Part shown: in pieces, positions 17,586 to 26,364 of the stretch
Numbering within the stretch: position 1 is the first letter of the stretch
Layout: the number at the start of each line of letters is the position of its first letter
Assembly: GCA_041497135.1 (NCBI GenBank)
Contig: JBGQFX010000002.1
Coordinates: forward strand, 30,355 to 94,354
DNA from: Gemmatimonadota bacterium
GTDB taxonomy: Bacteria; Gemmatimonadota; Gemmatimonadetes; Gemmatimonadales; GWC2-71-9
Reading direction: 5' to 3'
DNA: 64,000 bases
Notes under the pieces: generated by a model
Database searches by the model: none
The model's input: only the letters and a program-made list of their open reading frames with translations
What the model was told of the DNA's origin: nothing
Translations under genes and position numbers: made by a program

Positions 17586-18423
17586 GCCTCGCGTTTTCAC
17601 CCTCTGCCTCCTTCCGCCACCGAGCAGGCCAGCGTTGGGCGATGTGCTCCATCGCCTCGCGCACGTCGAGCTCGCGCGTGCTGTTCCCGGATCGCAAGTA
17701 GTAGCGAGCCACCCCCTCATCCCGGCAGTACACCGGCCGGGGGGACGGCTCCGCCACAATCCGGCACACGTCCTTCCCTTCGACGTCCTCGAACCGGGCA
17801 TGCACGTGCGGGATCACTTCGCCACCGAGTCTCGTCTTCACGAGGCTCACCACGAACTGCTCGAAGCCGTCGCGGTCGCCCCGTTTGAGCGTGCGGAAGT
17901 CGTGTTCGAGGCCGGTCACCAGGCCCGAGTCGTCGACGCCGACGAGGAGCGTGCCGCCGCGATGGTTGAGAAACCCGGCGATCGTCCGGGCGACGGCGTC
18001 CTCCAGATCCTTGTTCATCTTGCCCAGCCGGAGGTCCCAGCGGGCGGACGACTTGAACTCCGCCTGCTCGCCTTCTCCACCATCGATCAGAAAAGCGAGG
18101 GCCCGCTCGAGCTCTTGCCGCACAACGATCGCGCCAGGTCGCCTGGAAGCGTTGGCACGATAGGACAGCCCGAAAGCGAGCCCGAGGCCGGCGCCGATGA
18201 CCGCGAACAGGCCGGTCATCGGAAGCATCGCGGGAGCAAAGGCCTGGAGGAACCGCTGGGCAACGAAATGCCGGAGACTCACGGCGGGCATGGCAATCTC
18301 ATTGCGAGTCTCGAACCACCAGTAGATCACGCTCGTCGCGGGATGCAGGATCAAGACGCCGAGCAGCGCGCCTAACACTACGTGGCTCGTCAGCCACCGG
18401 CTCCTCACCGCCCCGAGGGTCAC
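17578..18423 (-). CDS. membrane-anchored AlbA_2 (Schlafen-like, divergent AAA_4) domain protein
   Basis: Two N-terminal TM helices, then GEGEQAEFKSSARWDLRLGKMNKDLEDAVARTIAGFLNHRGGTLLVGVDDSGLVTGL...GKDVCRIVAEPSPRPVYCRD...YYLRSGNSTRELD, the classic AlbA_2 pattern. The start is uncertain: GTG 18423 forms a GTGA overlap with the cusA stop, whereas the track start is 18462. Confidence 0.7.
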   Translation of the reverse strand: MTLGAVRSRWLTSHVVLGALLGVLILHPATSVIYWWFETRNEIAMPAVSLRHFVAQRFLQAFAPAMLPMTGLFAVIGAGLGLAFGLSYRANASRRPGAIVVRQELERALAFLIDGGEGEQAEFKSSARWDLRLGKMNKDLEDAVARTIAGFLNHRGGTLLVGVDDSGLVTGLEHDFRTLKRGDRDGFEQFVVSLVKTRLGGEVIPHVHARFEDVEGKDVCRIVAEPSPRPVYCRDEGVARYYLRSGNSTRELDVREAMEHIAQRWPARWRKEAEGENARHV

Positions 18424-21400
18424 GGGCTGCGGGCCTCGCGTCCGAGCTCCCACTTCCGCCACAGGTAGTAGATCGCTGGAATCACGGCCAGCGTGAGCAC
18501 GGTCGCCGTCACCATGCCTCCCACCATCGGCGCGGCGATCCGTTTCATCACGTCGGCTCCCGTCCCGCCACCCCAGAGGATCGGAGCGAGCCCGGCGATG
18601 ATTGCCGTGACGGTCATCATGACGGGGCGCAACCGTTCCACCGCCCCGTGCTGCACCGCCTGGGCGAGCTGTGGTGCAGTCGGCAAACCCTGGCTCGCGG
18701 CGTGGTGGAACGCTTCATCGAGGTAGATCAGCATGACCACGCCGGTTTCCGCCGCGACGCCCGCCAACGCGATGAAGCCCACCCATACGGCGACGCTCGT
18801 GTTGTAGCCCAGCGCCCAGATGGACCAGACCCCGCCGACCAGCGCGAACGGCAGCGCGAGCATCACGATCAGCGAGTGCGGCACGCTGCGGAAGTTCAGG
18901 TACAAGAGCAGGAAGATGATCCCCAGGGTCAGCGGCACGACGAGCTTCAGCTTCTCCCGTACCCGCTCCATGAATTCGAACTGCCCACTCCAGGTCAGGC
19001 GGTAGCCGGGCGGGAGCGTCAACTGCGCGGCCACGACGCGCTGCGCATCGCGCACGTACCCGCCCAGGTCGCGGCCGGCGATGTCGACGAAGACCGTCGT
19101 GACCGGAAACGCATCGTCCGTCTTCACGGCCATCGGGCCCTGCACCACCTGGACGGTGGCGACCTGGCCCAGCGGGATCTGCGGGCCAGCCATCGTGGGG
19201 ATCACGATCTCCCGCAGCCGCTCCAGGTTGTCCCGCAGCTCGCGCGGGTAGCGCACATTGACCTCGTAGCGCTCACGGCCCTCGACGGTGATCGCCGCCG
19301 TCGTTCCCCCGGCCGTCGCCATAATGGCATCGTGCAGGTCACCGGCGTTCAGCCCGTAGCGCGCCGCCTGGGCGCGGTCGATCGCCACGTCCACGTAGTA
19401 TCCCGAGACGTTGCGCTCGGCGAACACGTTGCGGGTTCCCGGGACGTTCTGGAGGATCCGTTCGACGCGCTCGCCCAGTTGCTGCAGGGTATCGAGGTTC
19501 GGGCCGTACACCTTCACGCCGACGGGCGTGCGCACCCCGGTGGCCAGCATGTCGATGCGGTTCTTGATCGGCATCGTCCAGGCGTTGGCGACGCCCGGCA
19601 TCCGCACCGCCTGGTCCATGGCGCTCACGAGCCGCTCGGTGGTCATCCCCGAGCGCCACAGCTCCCGCGGCTTGAGCACGACGGTAGTCTCGTACATGTC
19701 GAGCGGCGCCGGGTCGGTGGCGGTGTTGGCGCGTCCGACCTTGCCGAGCACGGCGGCCACCTCGGGGAAGGTGACGAGGATGCTGTCCTGGTGGCGCATG
19801 ATTTCCTGCGCCTTGGCGATGGACACGCCGGGGACGGTCGTGGGCATGAAGAGCAGCGACCCCTCGTCGAGCGACGGCATGAACTCGCTGCCCAGCCGGC
19901 TCCAGGGGAGCACCGTCACTGCCAGGACCGCCGCCGCCCCGGCGACGATCCGCCACGGATGCCGCAGCACCCAGCCGATCACCGGCCGGTACACACGCAT
20001 CAGCCAGCGGTTCACCGGATTGGCTTCTTGGGGGCGGATCTTCCCGCGCACCAGATACCCCATCAGCACCGGCACGAGCGTAATCGACAGCAACGCCGCG
20101 CCAGCCATGGCGAACGTCTTGGTGAACGCGAGTGGCTTGAACAGTCGCCCTTCCTGCTGCTCGAGCGAGAACACCGGCAGGAACGACACCGTGATGATGA
20201 GCAACGAGAAGAACAGCGGCGGTCCGACTTGCTTCGTCGCCTCCAGCACCACGTCCCAGCGTGATCGACCTTCGGCGCGCTCGAGGTGCTTGTGCATGTT
20301 CTCGATCATCACGATCGCGGCGTCCACCATCGCCCCCATCGCGATGGCGATGCCGCCCAGGCTCATGATGTTCGCGTTCACCCCGATCCCCCGCATGACG
20401 AGGAAAGAGATCAAGATGCCGAGCGGCAGCGTGACGATGGCCACCAGGGCGGAGCGCAGGTGCAGCAGGAACAGCAGGTAGATCGCGGCGACGATCAACG
20501 ACTCCTCGAGCAGCGTGCGGCGCAGGTTCCCGATCGCTCGGTGGATCAGGTCGGCGCGGTCGTACACCGGGACGAGCCGGACCCCCCCGGGCAGGCTCCG
20601 CTGGACCTCGGCGATGCGGGTCTTCACCGCCTCGATGGTCTTGAGCGCGTCTGAGCCGAAGCGCATGATCACGATGCCGGCGACCACTTCGCCACGGCCG
20701 TTCAGGTCGGCGGCGCCCCGGCGCGGCGCGGGCCCCACCTGAACGGTAGCGACGTCCGAGACACGGATCGGGGTTCCGTTCATGGTCGAGCCGACGGCGA
20801 CGTTGCCGATGTCGTCCACCGTCCGGAGGTAGCCCAGTCCCCGGATCATGTACTCCCGGCCCCCCATCTCGATCACCCGAGCGCCGATGTCCGCGTTGTG
20901 GGTCCCGATCGCCTGGACGACGCGCATAACCGGAATGTTGAACGCTCGCAGGCGCTCGGGATTGACCTCGACCTGGTACTGCTTCACGAAGCCGCCGAGG
21001 CTCGCGACCTCCGAGACGCCCGGGACGGCCGTGAGCTGATAGCGGATGTACCAGTCCTGCAACGTGCGGAGCTGGGCCAGGTCGAGCGAGTCACTCTCGA
21101 GCACGTACTCGAACACCCAGCCCGCGCCGGTGGCGTCCGGGCCCAGGGTAGGCTCGACGCCCCCGGGAAGTCGTTGCCGGATGCCGTTCATATACTCGAG
21201 CACCCGGGAACGCGCCCAATAGAGGTCGGTGCCATCCTCGAACAACACGTAGACGAGCGACAGGCCGAAGAAGGAAAAGCCACGCACCACGCGCGTGCCG
21301 GGCACCTTGAGCATCTCCGAGGCGATCGGGTAGGTGACCTGATCCTCCACGATCTGCGGGGCCTGCTCGCTGAATTCAGTCTGGATGACCACCTGCACGT

Positions 21401-21530
21401 CGGACAGATCGGGCAGGGCGTCCACGGGGGTCGTGCGGATCGCCCACACGCCGGCGGCCACGAGCGCCCCGGTGGCGAGCAGCACGAGAAAGCGATTGCG
21501 CAGCGACCAGGCGATCAGGTTGGCGATCAT
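18420..21530 (-). CDS. cusA: heavy-metal efflux RND pump, CusA/CzcA family
   Basis: 1036 aa from ATG 21530 (MIANLIAWSLRNRFLVLLATG...); the 133 upstream codons of the track ORF are Arg-rich shadow. Full-length HME-RND pattern. ATGA overlap with cusB. Confidence 0.95.
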   Translation of the reverse strand: MIANLIAWSLRNRFLVLLATGALVAAGVWAIRTTPVDALPDLSDVQVVIQTEFSEQAPQIVEDQVTYPIASEMLKVPGTRVVRGFSFFGLSLVYVLFEDGTDLYWARSRVLEYMNGIRQRLPGGVEPTLGPDATGAGWVFEYVLESDSLDLAQLRTLQDWYIRYQLTAVPGVSEVASLGGFVKQYQVEVNPERLRAFNIPVMRVVQAIGTHNADIGARVIEMGGREYMIRGLGYLRTVDDIGNVAVGSTMNGTPIRVSDVATVQVGPAPRRGAADLNGRGEVVAGIVIMRFGSDALKTIEAVKTRIAEVQRSLPGGVRLVPVYDRADLIHRAIGNLRRTLLEESLIVAAIYLLFLLHLRSALVAIVTLPLGILISFLVMRGIGVNANIMSLGGIAIAMGAMVDAAIVMIENMHKHLERAEGRSRWDVVLEATKQVGPPLFFSLLIITVSFLPVFSLEQQEGRLFKPLAFTKTFAMAGAALLSITLVPVLMGYLVRGKIRPQEANPVNRWLMRVYRPVIGWVLRHPWRIVAGAAAVLAVTVLPWSRLGSEFMPSLDEGSLLFMPTTVPGVSIAKAQEIMRHQDSILVTFPEVAAVLGKVGRANTATDPAPLDMYETTVVLKPRELWRSGMTTERLVSAMDQAVRMPGVANAWTMPIKNRIDMLATGVRTPVGVKVYGPNLDTLQQLGERVERILQNVPGTRNVFAERNVSGYYVDVAIDRAQAARYGLNAGDLHDAIMATAGGTTAAITVEGRERYEVNVRYPRELRDNLERLREIVIPTMAGPQIPLGQVATVQVVQGPMAVKTDDAFPVTTVFVDIAGRDLGGYVRDAQRVVAAQLTLPPGYRLTWSGQFEFMERVREKLKLVVPLTLGIIFLLLYLNFRSVPHSLIVMLALPFALVGGVWSIWALGYNTSVAVWVGFIALAGVAAETGVVMLIYLDEAFHHAASQGLPTAPQLAQAVQHGAVERLRPVMMTVTAIIAGLAPILWGGGTGADVMKRIAAPMVGGMVTATVLTLAVIPAIYYLWRKWELGREARSP

Positions 21531-22714
21531 GGCGCTTGCCGTTCCTTTCCCGGCTGCTCCACGCTCATTCCCGGCATGCCGGACATCCCCGCGCCGCTGG
21601 AGAGCCGTGATTCGGCGTCCACGAGGAAGTTGGCCGTTGCCACCACACGCTCGCCGGGTTCCAGCCCGTGCCGGATCTCGATCCGATCGCCGGCCCGCGC
21701 GCCGATCGTCACCTCGCGCGGCTGGAGCGTCCCGTCCCCGGCCACGACGAACACCAGGTTCCGCTCGCCCGTCATCACGAGCGCTTCGGCAGGCACACTC
21801 ACCAATTCCCGGCCAAGGACAGCATCGAACAGCATGGTGGCGTACATCCCTGGCCGGATGAGGCCGGCGGGATTCGGCAGTGCCACGCGCACGCGCCCCG
21901 CCCGACTCTGCTCGTCGACCGTAGGCCACACGAAGCTGACCCGCCCAGCGAACGAGCGGCCGGGATACGCCGTCAACTCGACGCGCGCCGGCGCCCCCAC
22001 CCGAATGAGTCCCAGGTCCTGTTCGAACACCTCGCCCTCAATCCACACCGTGCGGAGGTTCGCCAGCCGATAGAGCTTCATGCCCGGCATCACGCCCTGT
22101 CCTGCGACGACCATCTTCTCCAGCACCACGCCGTCGAACGGCGCGGTCAGGATCAGCGTCTTGGTCACCTCCCCGGTGCGCTCGATCCGCGCGATCTGCT
22201 CGTCCGAGATGTCCCAGTAGGCAAGTCGCCGCCGTGCTGCGGCCACGAGATCCTGAGCGTTGCGCCAGGCTTCGGGCGTGGTCGAATCAATCGCCTGCGC
22301 GAGGTGCAATGCGGTGAGCAGCTCCTCCTGCGCGGACACGAGCATCGGGCTGTAGAGGGCGAGCAGCGGCTGCCCGCGACGCACCGGGACGCCGGTCGCA
22401 TCGACGAACAGTCGGTCCACAAATCCGTCGATCTTCGGCGTGATGTCGGCCAGGCCGGGCTCCGCCGGGACTACCTGCCCCACCGTGCGCACGGAACGGG
22501 TGAGCGGGCCGCGGAGGGCTACGGTGTAGGTGACGCCGATGGCTTGCGCCTGCGCGGCGCTCAGGTGCACGGGTTGCCGTTCGCCCGCGGTCGCGGCGCT
22601 ATCAGCGGCGCCCGACATGCCCGGCATGTTCGTCATGCCCGTCGGCGCTGGCTTGGCTCGACATGCCGCGGACAGCAGGACGCCGGCCAGGCCGGCGGCG
22701 ATGATGCGCTTCAT
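21527..22714 (-). CDS. cusB: RND periplasmic adaptor, CusB-like, with Met-rich termini
   Basis: 395 aa. Has the HlyD_D23/beta-barrel adaptor pattern. N-terminal GMTNMPGMSG and C-terminal GAGMSGMPGMS methionine clusters. Confidence 0.9.
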   Translation of the reverse strand: MKRIIAAGLAGVLLSAACRAKPAPTGMTNMPGMSGAADSAATAGERQPVHLSAAQAQAIGVTYTVALRGPLTRSVRTVGQVVPAEPGLADITPKIDGFVDRLFVDATGVPVRRGQPLLALYSPMLVSAQEELLTALHLAQAIDSTTPEAWRNAQDLVAAARRRLAYWDISDEQIARIERTGEVTKTLILTAPFDGVVLEKMVVAGQGVMPGMKLYRLANLRTVWIEGEVFEQDLGLIRVGAPARVELTAYPGRSFAGRVSFVWPTVDEQSRAGRVRVALPNPAGLIRPGMYATMLFDAVLGRELVSVPAEALVMTGERNLVFVVAGDGTLQPREVTIGARAGDRIEIRHGLEPGERVVATANFLVDAESRLSSGAGMSGMPGMSVEQPGKERQAP

Positions 22715-23979
22715 GGTTGTTCTCCGGTCAACGCGATCAGCTCGCCCAACGCCTGCTGGTAATCGGCGAGCAGCCGAATCGTTTCGGTTTCGTATTGGTT
22801 CACGGTCATCTGGTTGTCCACCAGCTGCATGAACGACACCCGGCCGACGCGATAGCTCGCGAGCGCGGCTTGCACCGCGCCTCGGGCCTGGGGCAGGATG
22901 CTGCTTCGGTACAACTGGGCCAGGACGCGATCCCGTACCGCCCGTGCCCGCGTCTCGACGATGCGGGCGATGGTTTCGTTCCTAAGACTCAACAACTCGG
23001 CCGCGGACATGTCCCGCATCGCGGCCATCTGGCGTCGCATCGGCAGCTGCTTCCCGCTGGCGAAGATCGGCAAGCTGATGCCCACCATCAGGCTGACCAT
23101 GTTGTCGTAGGCGGGGCGGCTCTGATAGGCGACGCCGACCTGCAAATCGGGGTACAGCTCCCGGCGTGCGCCAGCGAGCGTGGCCTCGGCGGCCGCCACG
23201 CGCTCGGCGCCCGCCCGGAGCGCGGGACGCCGGGAGAGTGCCTGGGCGATCAGCGAATCCGCCGGCGGGAGCTCCTCGACCGGCTCGGGCAATTGGAGGG
23301 CAGGAACCGGAACGGTGGCCTCTCGGCCGAGCAGCGCGTTGAGGCGAGCGGCCATCGCCACCCGCTCCTGCTCCATGCGCGTGATCTCCTCACTCATGCG
23401 GGCGACTTCCACCTGCGCCCGCAGCACGTCCTGCTGCACCGCGCCACCGACGGCGTACATCGTCGTGCTGACCTGGAGGAATTGACGCAGCAAACCCTGC
23501 GTGCGTCGCATCACCTGGAGGGCGCGGTCGGCGTAGGCGGCTTCGTAGTAGGCCATCCGGACCTGTGCCTCAAGCATGCGGGCCTGTTCCTCGGCGTCGG
23601 CCTGGGTCGCGCCGGCCACATGCCGCGCCGCGCGGCGAGCATTGCCGAGCTTTCCGGGCCAGGGCAACATCTGCATCAGCTGAACCTGGTTCATCGTCAT
23701 CGGGTCCATCGTAGAGCCGAAGTCGGAGATCATCCGATTCATCAGGCCGAACTGCAGCTGGGGATCCGGGAGGGCCCCTGCCGGGCGCACCCGCTCTGCC
23801 GCCGCCACTGCCGAGTAGCGCGAGGCCCTGAGCATCGGATTGGAGGCCAGCGCCGCGGCTAGGGCGGCTGAGAGTCGCAACGTGTCCGTCGGGACGACCT
23901 GGGCAGCCACATTGCTCGGCAGCAACTGGAGGAGTAGCGCGACCGCGCTCAGAGAGATCAAAGGGCCGTTCACGGGCAC
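22711..23979 (-). CDS. cusC: TolC-family outer membrane efflux protein (CusC-like)
   Basis: 422 aa. Signal peptide and two OEP repeats (LSAALAAALASNPMLRA..., LIAQALSRRPALRA...). 4-nt overlap with cusB. Confidence 0.9.
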   Translation of the reverse strand: MPVNGPLISLSAVALLLQLLPSNVAAQVVPTDTLRLSAALAAALASNPMLRASRYSAVAAAERVRPAGALPDPQLQFGLMNRMISDFGSTMDPMTMNQVQLMQMLPWPGKLGNARRAARHVAGATQADAEEQARMLEAQVRMAYYEAAYADRALQVMRRTQGLLRQFLQVSTTMYAVGGAVQQDVLRAQVEVARMSEEITRMEQERVAMAARLNALLGREATVPVPALQLPEPVEELPPADSLIAQALSRRPALRAGAERVAAAEATLAGARRELYPDLQVGVAYQSRPAYDNMVSLMVGISLPIFASGKQLPMRRQMAAMRDMSAAELLSLRNETIARIVETRARAVRDRVLAQLYRSSILPQARGAVQAALASYRVGRVSFMQLVDNQMTVNQYETETIRLLADYQQALGELIALTGEQP

Positions 23980-23980
23980 C

Positions 23981-24235
23981 TCAAGCCGGGCCCTGAGGCC
24001 GAGCGAAAAGGTTGTAGAACACGCCGATCAAGGTGCCCTCGAACAGACCAACCGCGGCGCCTTCGGCAATACCGATCATCCAGCCACCCAATGTCGGACC
24101 CGACCCAACGAACAGCGCCATCCAAGGGTCCGGACGCCCGAGCAACGTGCCCAGCGTGAAGCAGGCCAGGATCGCGAGGGCGCCAGTAGCGGCGCCGGCG
24201 AAAGCCAGCGCACGAGTATTCAACGCGGTGTTCAT
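23981..24235 (-). CDS. small hydrophobic membrane protein (84 aa), paralog of 1078..1347
   Basis: MNTALNTRALAFAGAATGALAILACFTLG...GGWMIGIAEGAAVGLFEGTLIGVFYNLF. GAGGAGG RBS. Its stop is 1 nt before the cusC start. Confidence 0.6.
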   Translation of the reverse strand: MNTALNTRALAFAGAATGALAILACFTLGTLLGRPDPWMALFVGSGPTLGGWMIGIAEGAAVGLFEGTLIGVFYNLFARPQGPA

Positions 24236-24247
24236 TGCATCCTCCTC

Positions 24248-24269
24248 GTCCCGACGTGGCCGTCGGGAC
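24248..24269 (-). other. perfect 9-bp stem / 4-nt loop hairpin immediately 5' of the RBS of 23981..24235
   Basis: GTCCCGACG-tggc-CGTCGGGAC. On the mRNA strand it is followed directly by GAGGAGG, then 5 nt, then the ATG. There is no U-tract. Confidence 0.4.
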
Positions 24270-24331
24270 TAGCACAAGTTCAGGCCGCGAACGATCCGCA
24301 GCCTAGCACTATCGCCCGTAGGCGAAGAGGA

Positions 24332-24691
24332 TCAACTGTTGGGTGGAGGAGTAGGCGGACGCGCCTGGAAAAGGTCGGCGATCGGCGTCACGGCGCGGTC
24401 GCGACCACGTCCCGGTATCTGGATACCGGAAAGCGTCGTTCTGGTTGGTGAGAGGGCCGGAGCCACCATGACGCAGCCGGCAGCGACGAGACAGGCCACA
24501 TCCACGTGATGACAACCCGGTTGCACTGGCTCCAGCGCGATTTCTTGGATCGCTACCGTACCGGCACGGTCGCATCCGTGTGACCGACCGGGGAGTACGG
24601 GGAGGGGCTGGAGCGCTGTCAACCACAACCCAACCAGAACCACAGCGGCGAGAAATCTGGCCACCACCGGTCTGCGGTCTGCAGCGCTCAT
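24332..24691 (-). CDS. possible small membrane-anchored Cys/His protein (119 aa), first gene of the cus operon
   Basis: This is the C-terminal tail of the otherwise shadow 594-aa track ORF. ATG 24691 (or 24709). MSAADRRPVVARFLAAVVLVGLWLTAL (TM), then GRSHGCDRAG...PVQPGCHHVDVACLVAAGC. Third-position GC is lower than in neighbouring genes, so coding status is uncertain. Confidence 0.35.
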   Translation of the reverse strand: MSAADRRPVVARFLAAVVLVGLWLTALQPLPVLPGRSHGCDRAGTVAIQEIALEPVQPGCHHVDVACLVAAGCVMVAPALSPTRTTLSGIQIPGRGRDRAVTPIADLFQARPPTPPPNS

Positions 24692-24783
24692 CGGGCTCCC
24701 AGAAATCATGGGGCGCAAGCTACCCGGCCCGACCCGCGCGCTCCTTGAAGGAATTGTGAAGGTTCCTTCCACACGCGTAGAAT

Positions 24784-26364
24784 CTAACGCGCGCCGAGCG
24801 CTTCGTTCAGCACTCGTCCGTCCGGCACCGACAGCGGCGTCAGCCCCAGGAGCCGACCCAGCGTCGGCGCGATGTCGACGGTGGCGGCGCGGTTGCCGTA
24901 AGCGCCGGCCCGGATGCCCTTGCCCCAGAAAATCAACGGCACGTGGGCATCGAGGTCGGACGGTTGTCCGTGCGCCGCGTATGTGATGCCGCCGCCGTAG
25001 GACCACGCGTCCCACTGCGCCAGCGTCACCACGAGCACGACGCCCGCTCCCGGCGCGATCGCGTGCAGCCAGCGCCGGGCGACCGGGTCGGCCGCCGTGT
25101 CGGCCGTCGCGAGGTCGGCCGGCAGATCCACGCGTGCCACTCCCGACACGGCCCGGATGCGCTGCGCGACGTCGGCGAGCACACTGTCGGGGCGCAGGCC
25201 GGTAGCCGTCAGGCGGCCGTTGTCGCGCAGGAACAGGAGCCCGGTATCGAACTCGAGCCACTCGCGCGGAGCCGTCGCCCCCGTGGCGTGGTCCAACTGA
25301 CGATTCACGGCGCTCACCAGCGTGTCGATGTTCACCCACTGGGCGGTGGGCTGGCCATGGGCACGGGACGCTTCGGGATACGGCGTGACGCCATGATCGG
25401 CGGTGAAGACGATCAGCAGCTGGTCGCGCCCATAGCGATCGAACAGGCGGTCCAGGAACCACCCCAGATAGCGATCGAGCCGCAGCACCTGATCGTGGAT
25501 CTCGCGGGAATCGGGGCCGAAGGCGTGGCCGATGGCATCCGTCGTGGACAAGCTCACCGCGAGCAGATCGGTCACCCCGCTGCGCCCCAGCTTCATCGCC
25601 TCGGCGCCCGCCAGAGCGAAGGCGAGGGTGAGCGAATCCATCGACGGCACACCGGCGAACGCGATCGCGGCGCGGACGCTGTCGGTGGGCAGATGATGGG
25701 GGAAGGTGACGTCCCGGCCGCCGTTCTCCCACGGTTGACTGTCGACCTCGGCGTAGGCGGTTTCGGGCAACAAAGTGGTGAATTCCCGGCCCGCCGCCTT
25801 GAAGGGAATGCGCAGCGCATTGAACGCCCGCACCCAGGTCGGCAGGCTGTCGCGATAGTACCGGCTGGTCGTGAACACGCCGGCCTGGTACCAGTACACG
25901 TCCTGCTTGGCCGTGCCGATGGGCAGGATCGCTCCGCGATCCTTGCGCGACACCGACAGCGCCCGGCTGCGGGGATCGGCGGCACTGAGCCAATCGAAGA
26001 ATGCGGTGCCGCGAAACCGGCGCGGCGAGGCGCCAGGCCCGTTCGCCCCGACCAGCGGCGCGGTCGAGTCGCCCACGCCGAGCACGTTGCTGATGATGCC
26101 GGTGTGCGCCGGCCACCGTCCCGAGAGCACGGTCGAGTGCCCGGGTGCCGTTTCGGTGAGGGCGTGATCCTGAAACGCGTTCGTGAACACCGCACCGCTC
26201 GACTGAAGCGTTCCCAGTCCGCCCACCAGCTGCGGGAGCCAGCGCGTGAAATAGTCGGGTCGCAGCTGATCGACGGTGATCACGACGACCAGCTTCGGTT
26301 TCACGGGAGCCGGATCCGGACCCAAGAGCGCGGTCGCGAACAACAGCCGGAGCAGCATGATCAT
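24784..26364 (-). CDS. alkaline-phosphatase-superfamily enzyme (type I phosphodiesterase / nucleotide pyrophosphatase-like)
   Basis: 526 aa. Signal peptide, VVVITVDQLRPDY, ETAPGHSTVLSGRWPAHTGIISN and FTADHGV. Confidence 0.85.
   Translation of the reverse strand: MIMLLRLLFATALLGPDPAPVKPKLVVVITVDQLRPDYFTRWLPQLVGGLGTLQSSGAVFTNAFQDHALTETAPGHSTVLSGRWPAHTGIISNVLGVGDSTAPLVGANGPGASPRRFRGTAFFDWLSAADPRSRALSVSRKDRGAILPIGTAKQDVYWYQAGVFTTSRYYRDSLPTWVRAFNALRIPFKAAGREFTTLLPETAYAEVDSQPWENGGRDVTFPHHLPTDSVRAAIAFAGVPSMDSLTLAFALAGAEAMKLGRSGVTDLLAVSLSTTDAIGHAFGPDSREIHDQVLRLDRYLGWFLDRLFDRYGRDQLLIVFTADHGVTPYPEASRAHGQPTAQWVNIDTLVSAVNRQLDHATGATAPREWLEFDTGLLFLRDNGRLTATGLRPDSVLADVAQRIRAVSGVARVDLPADLATADTAADPVARRWLHAIAPGAGVVLVVTLAQWDAWSYGGGITYAAHGQPSDLDAHVPLIFWGKGIRAGAYGNRAATVDIAPTLGRLLGLTPLSVPDGRVLNEALGAR

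Noticed and set aside
18648-20264. Long ORFs antisense to or out of frame with real genes: 18648..20264, 24332..26116 (except its tail), 24943..26874, 40631..42382, 45315..47828, 49971..52760, 53141..55384, 55632..57092, 55778..57508, 1649..3100 and 32628..33992
   Set aside because: They are Arg/Pro/Gly/Ala-rich with no recognisable motifs. All overlap genes that have clear family signatures on the other strand or frame. They are typical shadow ORFs of high-GC DNA.
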